Source: the human T2T-CHM13v2.0 reference genome, Homo sapiens
Assembly: GCF_009914755.1 (NCBI RefSeq)
Contig: NC_060935.1
Reading direction: 5' to 3' (one strand)
Length of the DNA stretch: 64,000 bases
This document shows positions 37,101 through 52,100 of the stretch, in pieces. The notes beneath the pieces are model-generated. The model was given only the letters and a program-made list of their open reading frames with translations, did not search any database and was not told the DNA's origin. Position numbers and translations under genes: made by a program. Every line of letters begins with the position of its first letter. The stretch's first letter is position 1.

Positions 37101-40100
37101 CTAGTAAGAATCTTTCTGAGAAACTGCTTTGTGATGTGTTCATTCATCTCACAGAGTTAAACAATTCTTAGGATACGGGAGTTTGGAAACACTGTTTCTG
37201 GCCATTCTGTGAATGGACTTTTGGGAGCTAATCGAGGCCAATGGCAAAAAAGAGAATATCCCAGGATAAAAACTTTAAGAAAATTATCTGAGAAACTGAT
37301 TTGTGATGTGTGCATTCATCACACAGAGTGAAACTTTTCTTTTCATTCAGCAGTTTGGAAACACTTTTTTCTTAGAATTGGCAAAGAGATATTTGGAAGT
37401 GCATTGATGCCTACGGTGAAAAAGAAAATATCCTCAAATAAAACTAGAAAGAAGCTTAATGAGAAACAGGTTTGGGATGTGTGCATTCATCTCAGAGAGT
37501 TAAACCTTTCTTTGGAATTAGAAGTTTGGTAACACTGTTTTTGTCCACTCTGCGAATGGACAGTTGGGAGCTCATTGAGGTCAATGGTGAAAAAGCAAAT
37601 ATCCCAGGATAAAAACTTGAAGGAAGCTATCTGAGAAACCGCTTTGTGATGTGTGGATTAAGCAGTTTGTAAATACTGTTTTTGTCCATTGTGCGAATGG
37701 ACATTTTGTAGCTCATCGAGGCCAAACAAAAAAAGTGAATATCCCAGGACGAAAACTTGAAGGAAGTTATCTGAGAATCAGATTCATGATGTGTGCATTC
37801 ATCTCACAGAGTTAAACCTTTATTTTCATTCACCAGTTTGGAAACACTGTTTTTGTAGAAACTGCAATAGGATATTTGGCAGCACTTTGGTGCCAATGGT
37901 GAAAAAGGAAATATCTTCAGATAAAAACTAGAAAGAAGCTTTCTGAGAAACTGCTTTGTGGTGTGTTCATTCATCTCACAGAGTTAAACCTTCCTTTGTA
38001 TTCAGTAGTTTGGAAGCACTGTTCTTGTCCATGCTATGAATGGACATTTGGGATCTCATTGAGGCCAATGGTGAGAAAGTGAATATCCCAGGACAAAAAT
38101 TAGAAGAAATTGTTTGAGAAACTGATTCATGATGTGTGCATTGATATCACAGAGTTAAACCTTTCATTTCTTTCAGTAGTTTGTAAACACTCATTTCTTA
38201 GAATCTGCTAAGAGATATTTGGCAGTGCATTGAGGCCTATGGTGAAAAAGGAAATATCTTCATATAAAAACTAGAAAGAAGCTTTATGAGAAACTGGTTT
38301 GGGTTGTGTGCATTCATCTCACAGAGTTAAACCATTCTTCAGATTCAGCAGTTTGATAACACAGTTGTGTCCATTCTGTGAATGGACATTTTGGAGCACA
38401 TTGGTGAAAAAGCGAATATCCCAAGATTAAAACTAGAAGGAATTTGTCTGAGAAATGACTTTGTGAATTGTGCATTCTTAAAGCAGAGTTAATCCTTTCG
38501 TTTCATTAAGCAGTTTGGAAACACTGTTTTTGTAGAAACTTCAAAAGGATACTTGGCAGCGTGTTGAAGCCTATGGTGAAAAATTAAATATCTTCAGATA
38601 AAAACTGGAAAGAAACATTTTTAGAAACAGCTTTGTGATGTGTGCATTCATCTCACAGATCTTTTTTTGGATTCAGCAATTTGGAAACACTGTGGTTGTA
38701 GAATCTGTAAATGGACATTTGGGAGCTCTTTGAGTTCAATGGCGAAAAGGTGAATATCTCAGGTTAAAAACTAGAGGAACCCATGTGAGAAACCGCTTTG
38801 TGATGTGTGAATTCATCTCACAGAGTTAAACCTTTCTTTCATAGAGCAGTCTGGAAACACTGTTTTCATAGAATCTGCGAAGGGATATCTGGGAATGCAT
38901 TGAAGCCTGTGGTGAAAAAGGAAATGTCTTCAGATAAAAACTAGAAAGAAGCTTTCTGAAAAACTGCTTTCTGATGTGTGCATTCATTTCACAGAGTGAA
39001 ACGTTTCTTAGGATTCAGCAGTTTGGAAACACTGTTGCTGTAGCATCTGCTAAATGATATTTTGGAGCTCTAGGGGATCAATGGTGAAAAAACAAATATC
39101 CCAATATAAAAACTAGAATGAAGATATTTGAGAAACAGCTTTGTGATGTTTGCATTCACCTAGCAAAATTAAACCATTCTTCTCATTCAGCAGTTTATGA
39201 ACCCTGTTTTCCTAGAATCTGCAAAGTGATATGTGGGGGAGCTTTGTGGCCTATGGTGAAAAAGGAAATATCTTCAGAAAAAAACTAGAAAGAAGCTTTC
39301 TGAGAAACTGCTTTGGATGTGTGCATTCACCTCACAGAGTTAAACCATTCTGTGGATTTAGCAGTTTCAAAACACTGTTGTTGTAGAATCTGCAAAGGAA
39401 TATTTGGGCACTCTTTGAGAACAATAGCCAAAAAGCCAGGATCCAAGGATAAAAATTACAAGGTAGCCATATGAGAAATAGCTTTCTGATGTGTGCATTC
39501 ACCTCACAGAGTAAAACTTACTTTACATTCAGCAATCTGGAAAAACAGTTCTGACAGAATCCCCGAAGGGATATTTGGGAGTGCAATGAGGACTATGGTG
39601 AAAAAGGAAATAACTTCAGATTAAAAACTAGAAAGAAGCTTTCTGAGAAACTGCTTTGTAATGTATGCATTGATCTCACAGAGTTAAATCTTTCTGTGTA
39701 TTCACCAGTTTGCAAACACTGTTTTTGTACTTTCTGCAAATGGACATTTGGGAGCTCATTGGTGTCAGTGACAAAAAAGGAGTATCCCAGGATAGAAACT
39801 AGAAGGAAGTTATTTGAGAAACAGGTTTGTGATTGTGTGCATTCATCTCAGAGAGTTAACCTTTTCTGTGGAATCAGCAGTTTGGAAACACTGTGTTTGT
39901 CCATTCTGCGAATGGACATTTGGGGTCTCATTGAGGCCAAAGTCAAAAAAGCAAATATCCCAGGATAAAAACTAGAAAGAAGCCATCTGAGAAACCACTT
40001 TCTGATGTGTGCATTCACCTCATGGAGTTAAAACTTTTGTTTCCTACAGCTGTCTGGAAACACTGTTTTGACAGAATCCACAAAGGGATATTTGGGAGCG

Positions 40101-43100
40101 CACTGAGGCCAATGGTGATAAAGGAAATATCTTCAGATAAAACTAGAGAGAAGTTTTCTGAGAAACTGTTTTCTGATGTGTGCACTCATCTCACACAGTT
40201 AAACCTTTCTGTGGATTCAGCAGTTTGCAAACACTGTTTTTGTACTTTCTGCAAATGGACATTTGGGAGCTCATTGATGTCAATGGCAAAGAAGCAAATA
40301 TCCCAGGATGAACACTAGAAGGAAGTTATTTGAGAAACAGCTTTGTGATGTGTGCATTCATCTCACAGAGATAACCATTTCTGTGGAATGGGCAGTTTGG
40401 AAACACTGTTTTTGTCCATTCTGTGAATGGACATTTGGGAGCTCATTGAGGCCAAAGGTGAAAAAGTGAATATCCCAGGATAAAAAGTAGAGAGAAGCTA
40501 TCTGAGAAACCACTTTGTGATGTGTGCATTCATCTCATAGAAGTAAAACATACTTTTCATTCAGCAATCTGGAAACACTGTTCTTGCAGAATCTCTGAAA
40601 TGATATTTGGGAGCCCATTGAGGCCTATGGTGAAAAAGGAAATATCTTCAGATAAAAACTATAAAGAAGCACTCTGAGAAATGGCTTTGTGATATGTGCA
40701 TCCATCTCAAAGAACTAAACCTTTGTTTGCATTCAGCATTTTGGAAACACTGTTGTTGTAGAATCTGTGAAGGGATATATGGGAGCTCATTGAGGCCTAT
40801 GGTGAAGAAATGAGTATCCCAGGATAAAAAGTAGAAGAAAGCTCTTTGTGAAACTGGTTTGTGATGTGTGCATTCATCTCACAGAGTTAAATTTTCCTTT
40901 TCTTTGAGCAGTTTTTGAACACTGCTTTCCTAGAATCTGTGAAGTGTCATTTGGGAGCGCTTTGAGGTCTATGGTGAAAAAGGAAGTATCTTCAGAAAAA
41001 AGCTAGAAAGAAGCTTTCTGAGAAACTGCTTTGTGATGCTTGCATTCACGTCACAGAGTTAAACCATTCTGTGGATTCAGCAGTTTGAAAACAATGTTGT
41101 TGTAGAATCTGTGAAGGAATATTTGGGAGCCCTTGAGGCCAATGGCAAAAAAGACAGTATCCCAGGATAAAAACTAGAAGGAAGCTATCTGAGAAAATGC
41201 ACTGTGATGTGTGCATTCACTTCACAGAAGTAAAACTTACTTTTCATTCAGCAATCTGGAAACACTGTTCTGGAAGAATCCCCAAAGGGATATATCCCCA
41301 GAGTGCACCTAGGCCTATGGTGAAAAAGGAAATATCTTCTGATAAAACTAGAAAGAGTCCTTCTGAGAAACTGCTTTGTGATGTGTGCATTCATCTCACA
41401 AAGAGAAACCTTTCTTTGGTTTCAGCAATTGGAAAACACTTTTGTTGTAGAATCTGTGAAGGGACATTTGGGAGCTCATTGAGACTAATCACAAAAAAGC
41501 AAATATCCCAGGATAAAAACAAGAAGGAATCTATCTGAGAAAACACCTTATGATGGGTGCATTCACCTCACAGAGATAAACCTTTCTTTTCATTCAGCAG
41601 TTTGGAAATACTCTTTTGGCAGAAACCACGATGGGATATTTGGGAGCACATTGAGGCCTATGGTGAAAAAGGAAATATCTTCAGATAAAGACAAAAAAGA
41701 AGCTTTCAGAGAAACTGATTTGTGATGTGTGCATTCATCTGGTGGAGTTCAACCTTTCTTATAATTCAACAGTTTGGACACACTGTTTTAATAAAATCTG
41801 TGAAGTGATATCTGGTAGCACATTGAGGCCTACCATTTCATTGAGGTGAAAAAGGAAATAACCTCAGCTTAAAACTAGAAAGAAACTTGCTGAAAAACTG
41901 CTTTGAGATGTGTGCATTCATCTCACAGATTTAAACCTTTCGTTTTAAACAACATTTTGAAAACACTGTTGTCCATTCAGCAAATGCTTTTCAGCAAATG
42001 TCCATTCAGCAAATGAGAAACTGCTTTTTCATGTGTGCATTCATCTCATGGAGTTAAACTTTCTGCAGATTCAGCAGCTTGCAAACACTGTTTTTGTCCA
42101 TTCTGCAAATGGACGTTTGGGAGCTCATTGAAGGCAATGGCAAAAAACCAAGTATCCCAGGATAAAAACTGGAAGAAAAATATCTGAGAAACTGCTTTGT
42201 GATATGTGCATTCACCTCACAGCAATAAACATTTCTTTTCATTCAGCAGTCTGGAATCACTATTTTGGAAGGATTTGTGAAGTGATATTTGGGAGGGTAT
42301 TGAGGACTATGGTTAAAATGGAAATATCTTCAGATAAAAACTAGAAATAAGCTTTCTGAGAAAGTGCTTAGTCATCTGTCCATTCATCGCACAGAGTTAA
42401 GCCTTTCTGTAGACTCAGAAGTTTGCAAACACTGTTTCTCCATTCTGCAAATGGACATTTGGGAGCTCATTGATGCCAATGGCAAAAAAATGAATATCCC
42501 AGGAAAAAAACTAAAAGGAAGCTACCTGAGAAACCCGTTTTGTGATGTGTGAATTCATCTCTATGACTTCACTCCACAGTTTGGAAACACTGTGTTTGTA
42601 GAATCTTTGAGTTTATACTTGGGAGTGCATTTTACGAGAAACTGCTTTGTGATGTGTACCTTCATCTCACAGAGGTAATCCTTTCTGTGGATTTAGCAGA
42701 TTGAAAACACTGTTTTTGCCCCTTCTGTGAATGGACATTTGGGAGCTCATTGAAGCCAATGGTGAAAAAGCCAATATCCCAGGAAAAAAACTAGAAGGAA
42801 GCTATCTGAGAAACCGCTTCATGATGTGTGCATTCATCTCACAGAGTTAAGCCTTTCTTTTCATTCAGCAGTCTGGAAACACTGTTTTGTCAGAATCTGT
42901 GAAGGGATATTTGGGAGCTAAATGAGGCATATGGTGAAAAAGGAAATATCTTCAGATAAAAACTAGAAATAAACTTTCTGATAAACTGCTTTGTGCTGTG
43001 TGCATTCATCTCACAGAGTCAAAGCTTTCTTTGGATTCAGCAGTTTGTAAACACAGTTGTTGTAGAATCTGCAAAGTGGTATTTGGGAGCTTAATGAGGC

Positions 43101-46100
43101 AAATGGCAAAAAAGAGAATAACCCAGAAAAAAATATAGTAGGAAGCTATCTGAGAAACAACTTTGTGATGTGTGAATTCACATTTCAGAGTCAAAACTTT
43201 CTTTTCATTATGCAGTTTGGAAACACTGTTTTTGTAGGGTCTGCGAAGGGATATCTGGGAGTGCATTGAGGCCTATGGTGAAAAAGGAAATATCTTCAGA
43301 TAAAAACAAGAAAGAAGCTATCTGAGAAACTGCTTTCTGATGTGCGCATTCATCTTATGGAGTTAAAATTTCTGTGGATTCAGCAGATTGCAAACACTGT
43401 TTTTGTCCATTCTGCAAATGGACATTTGGGACCTCATTGAACCCCTTGGCAAAAAAGTGAATATCCCAGGATAAAAACTGGAAGGAAGCTATCTGAGAAA
43501 CTGCTTTGGATGTGTGCATTTGCCTCACAGCAATAAACCTTTCGGTTCATTCAGTCGTCTGCAAACACTGTTTTGGAAGTATCCACAAAGGGATATCTGG
43601 GAGCGCATTGAGGCCTATGGTGAAAAAGATAATATCTTTGGATAAAAACTAGAAACAAGCTTTCAGAGAACCTGCTTTGTGATGTGTGCATTCCTTTCAC
43701 AGAGTTAATTCTTTCTGTGAATTCAGCAGTTTACAATCAATGTTTTTGTCCATTCTGCAAATGGATATTTGGGAGCTCATTGAGGCCAACGGCAAACAAG
43801 GGACTATCCCAGGATAAAAACTAGAAGGAAGCCCTGTGAGAAACTGCATTGCGATGTGTGCATTCATCTCACAGAGTTAAAATTTCTGTGGATTCTGCAG
43901 TTTGCAAATTCTGTTTTTGTCCATTCTGTGAATGGACATTTGGGAGCTCATTGAGGCCAAGGGCAAAATAGTGAAATTCCCTGGACAAAACTAGAAAGAA
44001 GCTATCTGAGAAACTGCTTTGTGATGTGTGCATTCAACTCGCAGAGACAAACCATTGTTTTCATTTAGCAGTTTGGAAACACTGTTTTTTGTAGAATCTG
44101 CAAAGTTATATTTATGAACGTATTGAGGACTATGGTTAAAAAGGAAATGTTTTCAGATAAAAACTAGAAAGAAACTTTCTGAGAAAGTGCTTAGTGATCT
44201 GAGCATTCATCTCACCGAGTTAATCGTTTCTGTGGATTCAGCAGTGTGCAAACACTGTTTTTGCCCATTCTGCAAATGGATATTTGGGAGCTCATTGAGG
44301 CCAATGGCAAAAAAGTGAATATCCCAGGATAAAAACTAGAATGAAGTTTTTGAGAAATAGCCTCGTGATGTGGGCATTCATCTCACAGAGTTAAATCTTT
44401 CTTTTCATTCAGCAGCTTGGAAGCACTGTTTTTGTAGAATCTGTGAAGTGATATCTGGGAGGACATGGAATCCTATGGCGTAAAAGGAAATTTCTTCAGA
44501 TAAAAACCATAAATTAGCTTTCAGAGAAACTGCTTTGTGATGAGTGTATTCTACTCACAGAGTTAAAACTTTCTGCAGATTCAGCAGTTTGCAAACACTG
44601 TTGTTGTAGAATCTGCAATGGAATATTTGGGAGATCATTGAGGCCAATGGCAAAAAAGCAAATATCCCAGGATAAAAAATGGAAGCTATCTGAGAAACAG
44701 CTTTGCAATTTATGCATTCATCTCACAGATTTAAAACTTTCTTTTCTTTCAGCAGTTTGGAAACAATATTTTTTTAAAATATATTTTTTTAAAACTAGTT
44801 TTTTAAAAAACTAGATAGGAGTTTTATGAGTAACTGCTTTGTGAAGCATACATTCATCTCACAGAGTAAAACCCATCTTTGGATACAGCATTTTGGAAAC
44901 ATGGTTATTGTAGAATTTGTGAAGGGATATTTGGGAGCTTAATGAGGCCAATGGCAAAAAACTGATTATCCCAGGAAAAAAACTAGTAGGAAGCTATCTA
45001 AGAAACCCCTTTGTGATGTGGGCATTCACCTCTCAGAGTTAAAATTTTTCCTCATTCAGCAGTTTGGAAACACTGTTTTTGTACAGTCTGTGAAGTGATA
45101 TCTGGGAATGCATTGAGGCATATGGTGAAAAAGGAAATAACTTCTGATAAAATCTAGAAAGAAGCTTTCTGAGAAACTGCTTTCTGATGGGTGCATTCTT
45201 CTCACAGAGTTAAACATTTCTTTGGATTCAGCAGTATGGAAATACTGTTGTCCTAGAATCTGTGATGGGATATTTGGGAGTCTAATGAGGCCAAAGGGGA
45301 AAAACCAGATATCACAAGAAAAAAAACTAGAAGGAAGCTATCTGAGAAACTGCTTTGTGATGTGTGCATGCATCTCTCAGAGTTAAAAGATTCTTTACAT
45401 TCAACAGTATGGAAACACTATTTTTGTAGGATCTGCAAAGTTATAATTGGGATCGCATGGAGGCCTATGTTGAAAAACGAAGTATCTTCAAATAGAAAAC
45501 TGCACATTGTGCACAAGTACCCTAAAACTTAAAGTATAATAATAAAAAAAGAAACTAGAGAGAATCTTTCTGAGAAACAACTTTGGGTGTGTGCATTCAT
45601 CTCACAGAGTTAAGCCTTTCTATGGATTAAGCAGTTTGCAAATACTCTTTTTGTCCATTCTTCAGAAGAACATTTGGGAGCTAATTGAGGCCAATTGCAA
45701 AAAAGTGAATATCCCAGGATAAAAACTAGAAAGAAGCTATTTGAGAAATTGCTTTGTGATGCGCGCATTCAACTCACAGAGGTAAACGTTTCTTTTCATC
45801 CTGCAGTTTGGAAACACTGCTTTCACAGAATCTGTGAAGGGATATCTGGAAGCACATTGAGGCCGATACTGAAAAAGAAAATAACTTCAGATAAGAACTA
45901 GAAAGAAGCTTTTTGATAAACTGCTTTGTGATGTGTGCATTCGTCTCAGAGAGTTCAACCTTTCTGTGCATTCAGTAGTTTGCAAACACTGTTTTTGTCC
46001 TTTCTGTGAATGGACATTTGGGAGCTCTTTGAGGTTAATGGGGAAAAAGAGAATATCCCAGAATAAAAAGTAGAAGGAAGCTACTTGACAAACTGCTTTG

Positions 46101-49100
46101 TGATGGGTGCATTCATCTCACAGAGTTAAACAGTTCTTTTCCTTCATGAGTTTAAAAACACTGTTTTCATAGATTCTGCAATGGGATATCTGGGAGCACA
46201 TTGAGGCCTATGTTGAAAAAGGAACATCTTCAGATAAAAACTAGAAAGAAGCTTTCTGACAAACTGCTTTGTGATGTGTGCATTCACCTCACAGGATTAA
46301 AACTTTCCGTGGATTCAGCCATTTGCAAAACTGTTTCGTCCATTCTGTGAGTGGACATTTGGGAGTTCTTTGAGGCCAATGGCACAAAAGTGAATATCAC
46401 AGGATAAAAACTAGAAGGAAGTTATATGACAAAATGCTTTGTGATGTGTGCATTCACCTCACAGAGATAAGCCTTTCTTTCATTCAGCAGTCTGGAAACA
46501 CTGTTTTGGCACAATCAGCAAAGGGATATTTGGGAATGCATAGAGGCCTATGGTGAAAAAGGAAATACCTTCAGATAAAAACTAGAAAGAAGATTTCTGA
46601 GAAACTAATTTCTAATGCGTGCATTCATCTCTCAGAGTTAAAATTTTCTTTCCATTCAGCAGTTTGGAAACACTTTTTTTTTTCCATTCTGTGAATGGAC
46701 ATTTTGGAGTTCATTGAGGCCAATGGCCAAAAAGTAAAAATCCCAGGATAACAACTAGAAAGAGTCTATCTGAGAAACCACTTTGTGATGTGTGCATTCA
46801 CCTTGCAGAGTTAACAGTTTCTTTGTATACAGCAGTCTGGAAACACTGTTTTGGCAGAATCTGTGAGGGGATATTTGAAGCGCATTGAGGCCTATTGTGA
46901 AAAAGAAAATAACTTCAGATAAAAACTAGAAAGAAGCATTCTGAGAAAAGGCTTTCTGATGTGCACATTCATCTTAAAGAGTTAAAACTTTCTGTGGATT
47001 CAGCAGTTGGCAAACACTGTTTTTGCCTATTCTGCGAATGGACTTTCGGAGCTATTGAGGCCAAAGGCAAAAGAGTGAATATCCCAGGATAAAAACTAGA
47101 AGGAAGCTATCTGAGAAACTGCTTTGTGATGTGTGCATTCATCTTGCAGAGATAAACCTTTCTTTTCATTCAGCAGCTTGGAAGCACTGTTTTGGTAGAA
47201 TCTGTGAAGAGATATTTGGGAGCTTAATGAGGCCCAGGTGAGAAAGTGAATATCCAAGGAAAGAAATCAAGAAAGAAGCTCTCTGAGAAACCACTTTGTG
47301 ATGTGTGCATTCACCTCGCAGAGTTAAAACTTTGTTTTCATTCATCCGTCTGGAAACACTGTTTTGGCAGGATCCACGAAGGGATATTTGGGAGCCCATT
47401 GAGGCCTATGCTAAAAGGGAAATATCTTCAGATAAAAACAAGAAAGTAGCTTTCTGAGAAACTGTTTTGTGATATGTGCATTCATCACCCAGAGTTAAAT
47501 TTTCCTTTCTATTCAGCAGTTTGGAAAATGCTGTAGAATCTGCAAAGTGATATTTGGGAGCTCATTGAGGCCAAAGGCGAAAAAGTGAATATCCCATGAT
47601 GCAAACTAGATGGACACCATCTGAGAAACTGCTTTGTGATGAGTACATTCATCTCTCTGAGATAAATCTTTCTTTTCATTCAGCAGTTTGGAAACACTGT
47701 TTTTGTAGAATCTGTGAAGTGATATCTGGGACCGCATGGAGGCCTATGGTGAAAAAGGAAATATTTTCAGATAAAAACTAGAAAGAAGCTTTCTGGGAAA
47801 CTGCTTTTTGATGTGTGCATTCATCTCACAGAGTTAAACATTTCTGTGGATTCAGTAGTTTGCAAATACAGTTTTTGTACATTCTGTGAGTGGACATTTG
47901 GGAGCTCAATGAGGCAAATATGAAAAAGCAAATATACCAGGATAAAAACAAGAAAGAAGCAATCTGAGCAACTTCTTTGTGATGTGTGCATTCACCTCAC
48001 AGAGATAAACCTTTCTTTTCATTCAGCAGTCAAGAAACCCTGTTTTGGAAGGATCTGTGAAGGGATATTTGGGAGCGCATTGAGCACTATGGTTAAGAAG
48101 GAAATATCCACAGATAAAAACTAGAAAGAAGCTTTCTGAGAAAGTGCTTATTCATCTGTGCATTCATCTCACAGAGTTAAATATTTGTGTGGATTCGGCA
48201 GTTTTGCCCAATCTGCAAATGGACATTTGGGAGCTCATTGAGGCCAAAGGCCAAAAAAGTGAATATCCTGGGAAAAAAAAAAGCTAGAAGGAAGCTATCT
48301 GAGAGACTGCTTTGTGATGTGTGCATTCACCATGCAAAGCTAAACCTTTCTTTCCATTTAGCAGTTTGGAAACACTGTTTTGTAGAATCAGCATAGTTAA
48401 ATTTTAGAGTGCATTAGGGACTCTGTTTAAAAGGAAATCTCTTCAGAGAAAAAATTGAAAGTAGCTTTCTGAGAAAGTGCTTAGTGACGTGTGCATTCAT
48501 CTCACAAAATTAAACATGACTGTGGATTCAGCGGTATGAGACCCATGTTGTTTCCCATTCTGCAAATAGATATTTTGGAGCTCAATAAGGCCAATGGGGA
48601 AAAAGCAACTATCTTAGGATAAAAACTAGAAGGAAGCTCTTTGAGAAACCGCTTTCTGACCTGTGCATTCATCTTACAGAATTAAACCTTTCTTTTTCAT
48701 TCAGCAGCCTGGAAACACTGCTTTGGCAGTATCCAAGAAGGGATATGTGGGAGTGTATTGAGGCCTAACGTGAAAAAGGAAGTATCTTAAGATAAAAACT
48801 AGAAAGAAACCTTCTGAGAAATTGCTTTGTGATGTGTGCATTCATCTCCCAGAATTAAGCCTTTCTTTGGATTCAGCATTTTGGAGACACTGTTGTTGTA
48901 GAATCTGTGAGGGGATATTTGAGAGCTTAATGGGGCCAGTGGGGAAAAATGGAATATCCCAGCAAAAAACCGTGAAGGAAATTATCTCAGAAACTGCTTT
49001 GTGATGTGTGCACTCATCTCTGAGAGGTAAACCTTTATTTGGATTTAGCAGTTTGGAGACACTGTTGTTGTGGGACCTGTGAAGTGATATTTGGGAGCTC

Positions 49101-52100
49101 ATTGAGGTCAATGCCGTAAAAGCCAATATCCCAGGATAAAAACTAGAAGGCAGCTATCTGAGAAATGGCTTTGTGATGTGTGCATTCATCTCACAGAGTT
49201 AAACCTTTCTTTTCATTCAGCAGTTTGGAAATCCTATTTTGGTAGAATCTACAAAGGGATATTTGGTAGAGCATTGATGTCTACGGTGAAAAAGAAAATA
49301 CATTCAGATAAAACCTAGAAAGATGCTTTTTTAGAAACTGCTTTGTTATGTGTGTGTTCATCTTGCAGAGTTAAACCTTTCTTTGGATTCAGCAGTTTAG
49401 AAATACTGTGTCTGTAGAATCTGCACAGTGATATCTGGGATCGCATTAAGGCCTATGGTGAAAAAGGAAACACCTTCAGATAAAAACTAGGAAGAAGTTT
49501 TCTGAGAAACTGCTTTGTGATGTGTGCATTCATCTCACACAGTTAAACTTTTCTGTAGATTCATCAGTTTGCAAACACTGTTTTTATTTTTCCATACTGT
49601 AAATGGACATTTGGGAGCTTATTGAGGCCAGAAAAGAAAAAGGGAATATCCAAGGATAAAAACTAGAAGGAAGCTATCTGAGGAACATCTTTGTCATGTG
49701 TACATTCACCTCACAGAGTTAAAACCTTCTTTTCTTTCAGAAGTCTGTAAACACTGTTTTGGCAGAATCCATGAAGGGATATTTGGGAGTGCATTGAGGC
49801 CTATTGTGAAAAAGAAAATATCTTCAGATAAAAACTAGAAGTAAGCTTTCTGAGAAACTACTTTGTGATGTGTGCATTCACCTCACAGAGTTAAAACTTT
49901 CTGTGGATTCAGCCATTTGCAAACGCGTTTTTGTCCATTCTGCAAAGGGATATTTGGGAATGCATTATGGCCTATGGTGAAAAAGAAAATATCTTCACAT
50001 AAAAATTAGAAAGAATGTTTCTGAGAAACTGCTTTGTGATGTGTGCATTCATCTCACACAGTTAAACCATTTTTTGGACTCAGCAATTTGGAAACACTGT
50101 AGTTATAGAATCTGCGAAGGCATATTTGGGAGCTCATTAAGAGGAATGGTGAACAAGCAAATATTGGAGGAAAAACACTAGAAGGAAGCAATCCAAGAAA
50201 CCGCTTTGTGATGTGTACATTCATCACACAGAGTTAAAACTTTCTTTTCATTCAACAGTTTGGAAACACTGCTTTCGTTGAATCTGTGAAGTGATATCTG
50301 GAAGTGCATTAAGGCCTATGGTGAAAAAGAAAATATCTTCAGATAAAAACTAGAAATAAGCATCCTGATAAACTGCTTTGTGATGTTTGCATTCATCTCA
50401 CAGAGTTAAACCATTCTTTGGATTCACCTGTTTGGAAACACTGTTGTTTTAGAATCTGTGAAGGGATATTTGGGAGCTTATTGAGGTCAAAGGGGAAGAA
50501 GCGAATATCCCATTACAAAAACTGGAAGGAAGCTATCTGAGAAACCATTTTGTGATGTGTACATTCATCTCACAGAGATAAATCTTTCTTTTCATTCAGC
50601 AGTCTGGAAACACTATTTTGGCATGATCCACAAAGTGATATTTATAACCACATGGAGGCCTATGATGAAAAAGGAAATATCTTCAGATAAAAACTAGAAA
50701 GAAGCTTTTTGAGAATCTACTTTGTGATGTGTGCATTCTTTTCACAGAGTTAAACCGTTCTATGGATTCTGCATTTTGCAAACGTGGTTTTTGTCCATTC
50801 AGCGAATGGGCATTTGGGAACTCATTGAGGGCAATGGCAAAAAAGTGAATATCCAAGGATATAAACTAGAAGGAAGCTATCTGAGAAACTGCTTTGTGAT
50901 GTGTGCATGAACCTCACACAGATAAACCTTCCTTTCCATACAGTAGTGTGGAAACACTGTTTTTGCAGAGTCCGTGAAGGGATATTAGGGAGCGCATTGA
51001 GGCCTATGGTGAAAAAGTAAATATCTGCAGAATAAAACTAGAAAGAAGCTTTCTGAGAAACTGCTTTGTGATATGTGCATTCATCTCACAGAGTTAAACA
51101 TTTCTTTGTATTCAACAGTTTGGAAACACTGTTGTTGTAGAATCTGCGAAGGTATATTTGGGACCTCATTAAGGCCCATGGCGAAAAAGCCAATATCCCA
51201 GGGTAAAAAGTATAAGGAAGCGATCTGAGAAACCACTTTGTTATCTGTGCATTCACCTCAAAGAGTTAAACCATTTTTTTCATTCAGCAGTCCAGAAACA
51301 CTGTTTTGGCAGAATCCATGATGGGATATTTGGGAGCACATTGAGGACTATGGTGAAAAAGTAAATATCTGTTGAATCAGCAGTTTGGGAAAACTGTCTT
51401 TGTCTATTCTGTGAATGGACATTTGGGAGTGCATTGAGGCACATGGTGAAAAAGCAAATATGCCAGGATAAAAACCAGAAAGAAGCTACCTGATAAATAA
51501 CTTTTTGATATGTGCCTTCACCTCCCAGAGTAAAAACTTTCTTTTCGTACAGCAGTCTGGAAGCACTGTTTTTGTAAAATCTGCGAAGTTATATTTTGGA
51601 GTTCATAGAAGCCTCTGCAGGCAAAGGAAATATCTTCAGATAAAAAGTAGAAAGAGGTTTTTGGAGAAACTTCTTTGTGCTGTGAGAATTCATCTCACAT
51701 AATTCAACCTTTCTTTGGATTAAGCAGTTTGGAAACACTGTTTTTGTCCATTCTGTGAATGGACATCTGGGAGCTCATTGAGGCCAATGGCAAAAATGTT
51801 AAACATTCAGCAGTTTGGAAACACTGTTTTCGAAGAATCTGTGAAGGGATATCTGGGAGCTCATTGAGGCCAATGGTGAAAATGTGAATACCCCAGGATA
51901 AAAAATAGAAGGAAGCTATTTGAGAAACTGCTTTGTGATGTGTGTATTCAACTCACAGAGTTAAACTTTTCTTCTCATTCAGCAGTTTGGAAACGCTGTT
52001 CTCATAGTATCGGTGAAGGGTTATCTGGGAGCGCATCAAGGCCTATGATGAAAAAGGAAATATCTTCAGATAAAAACTAGAAAGAAACTTCTGAGATACT

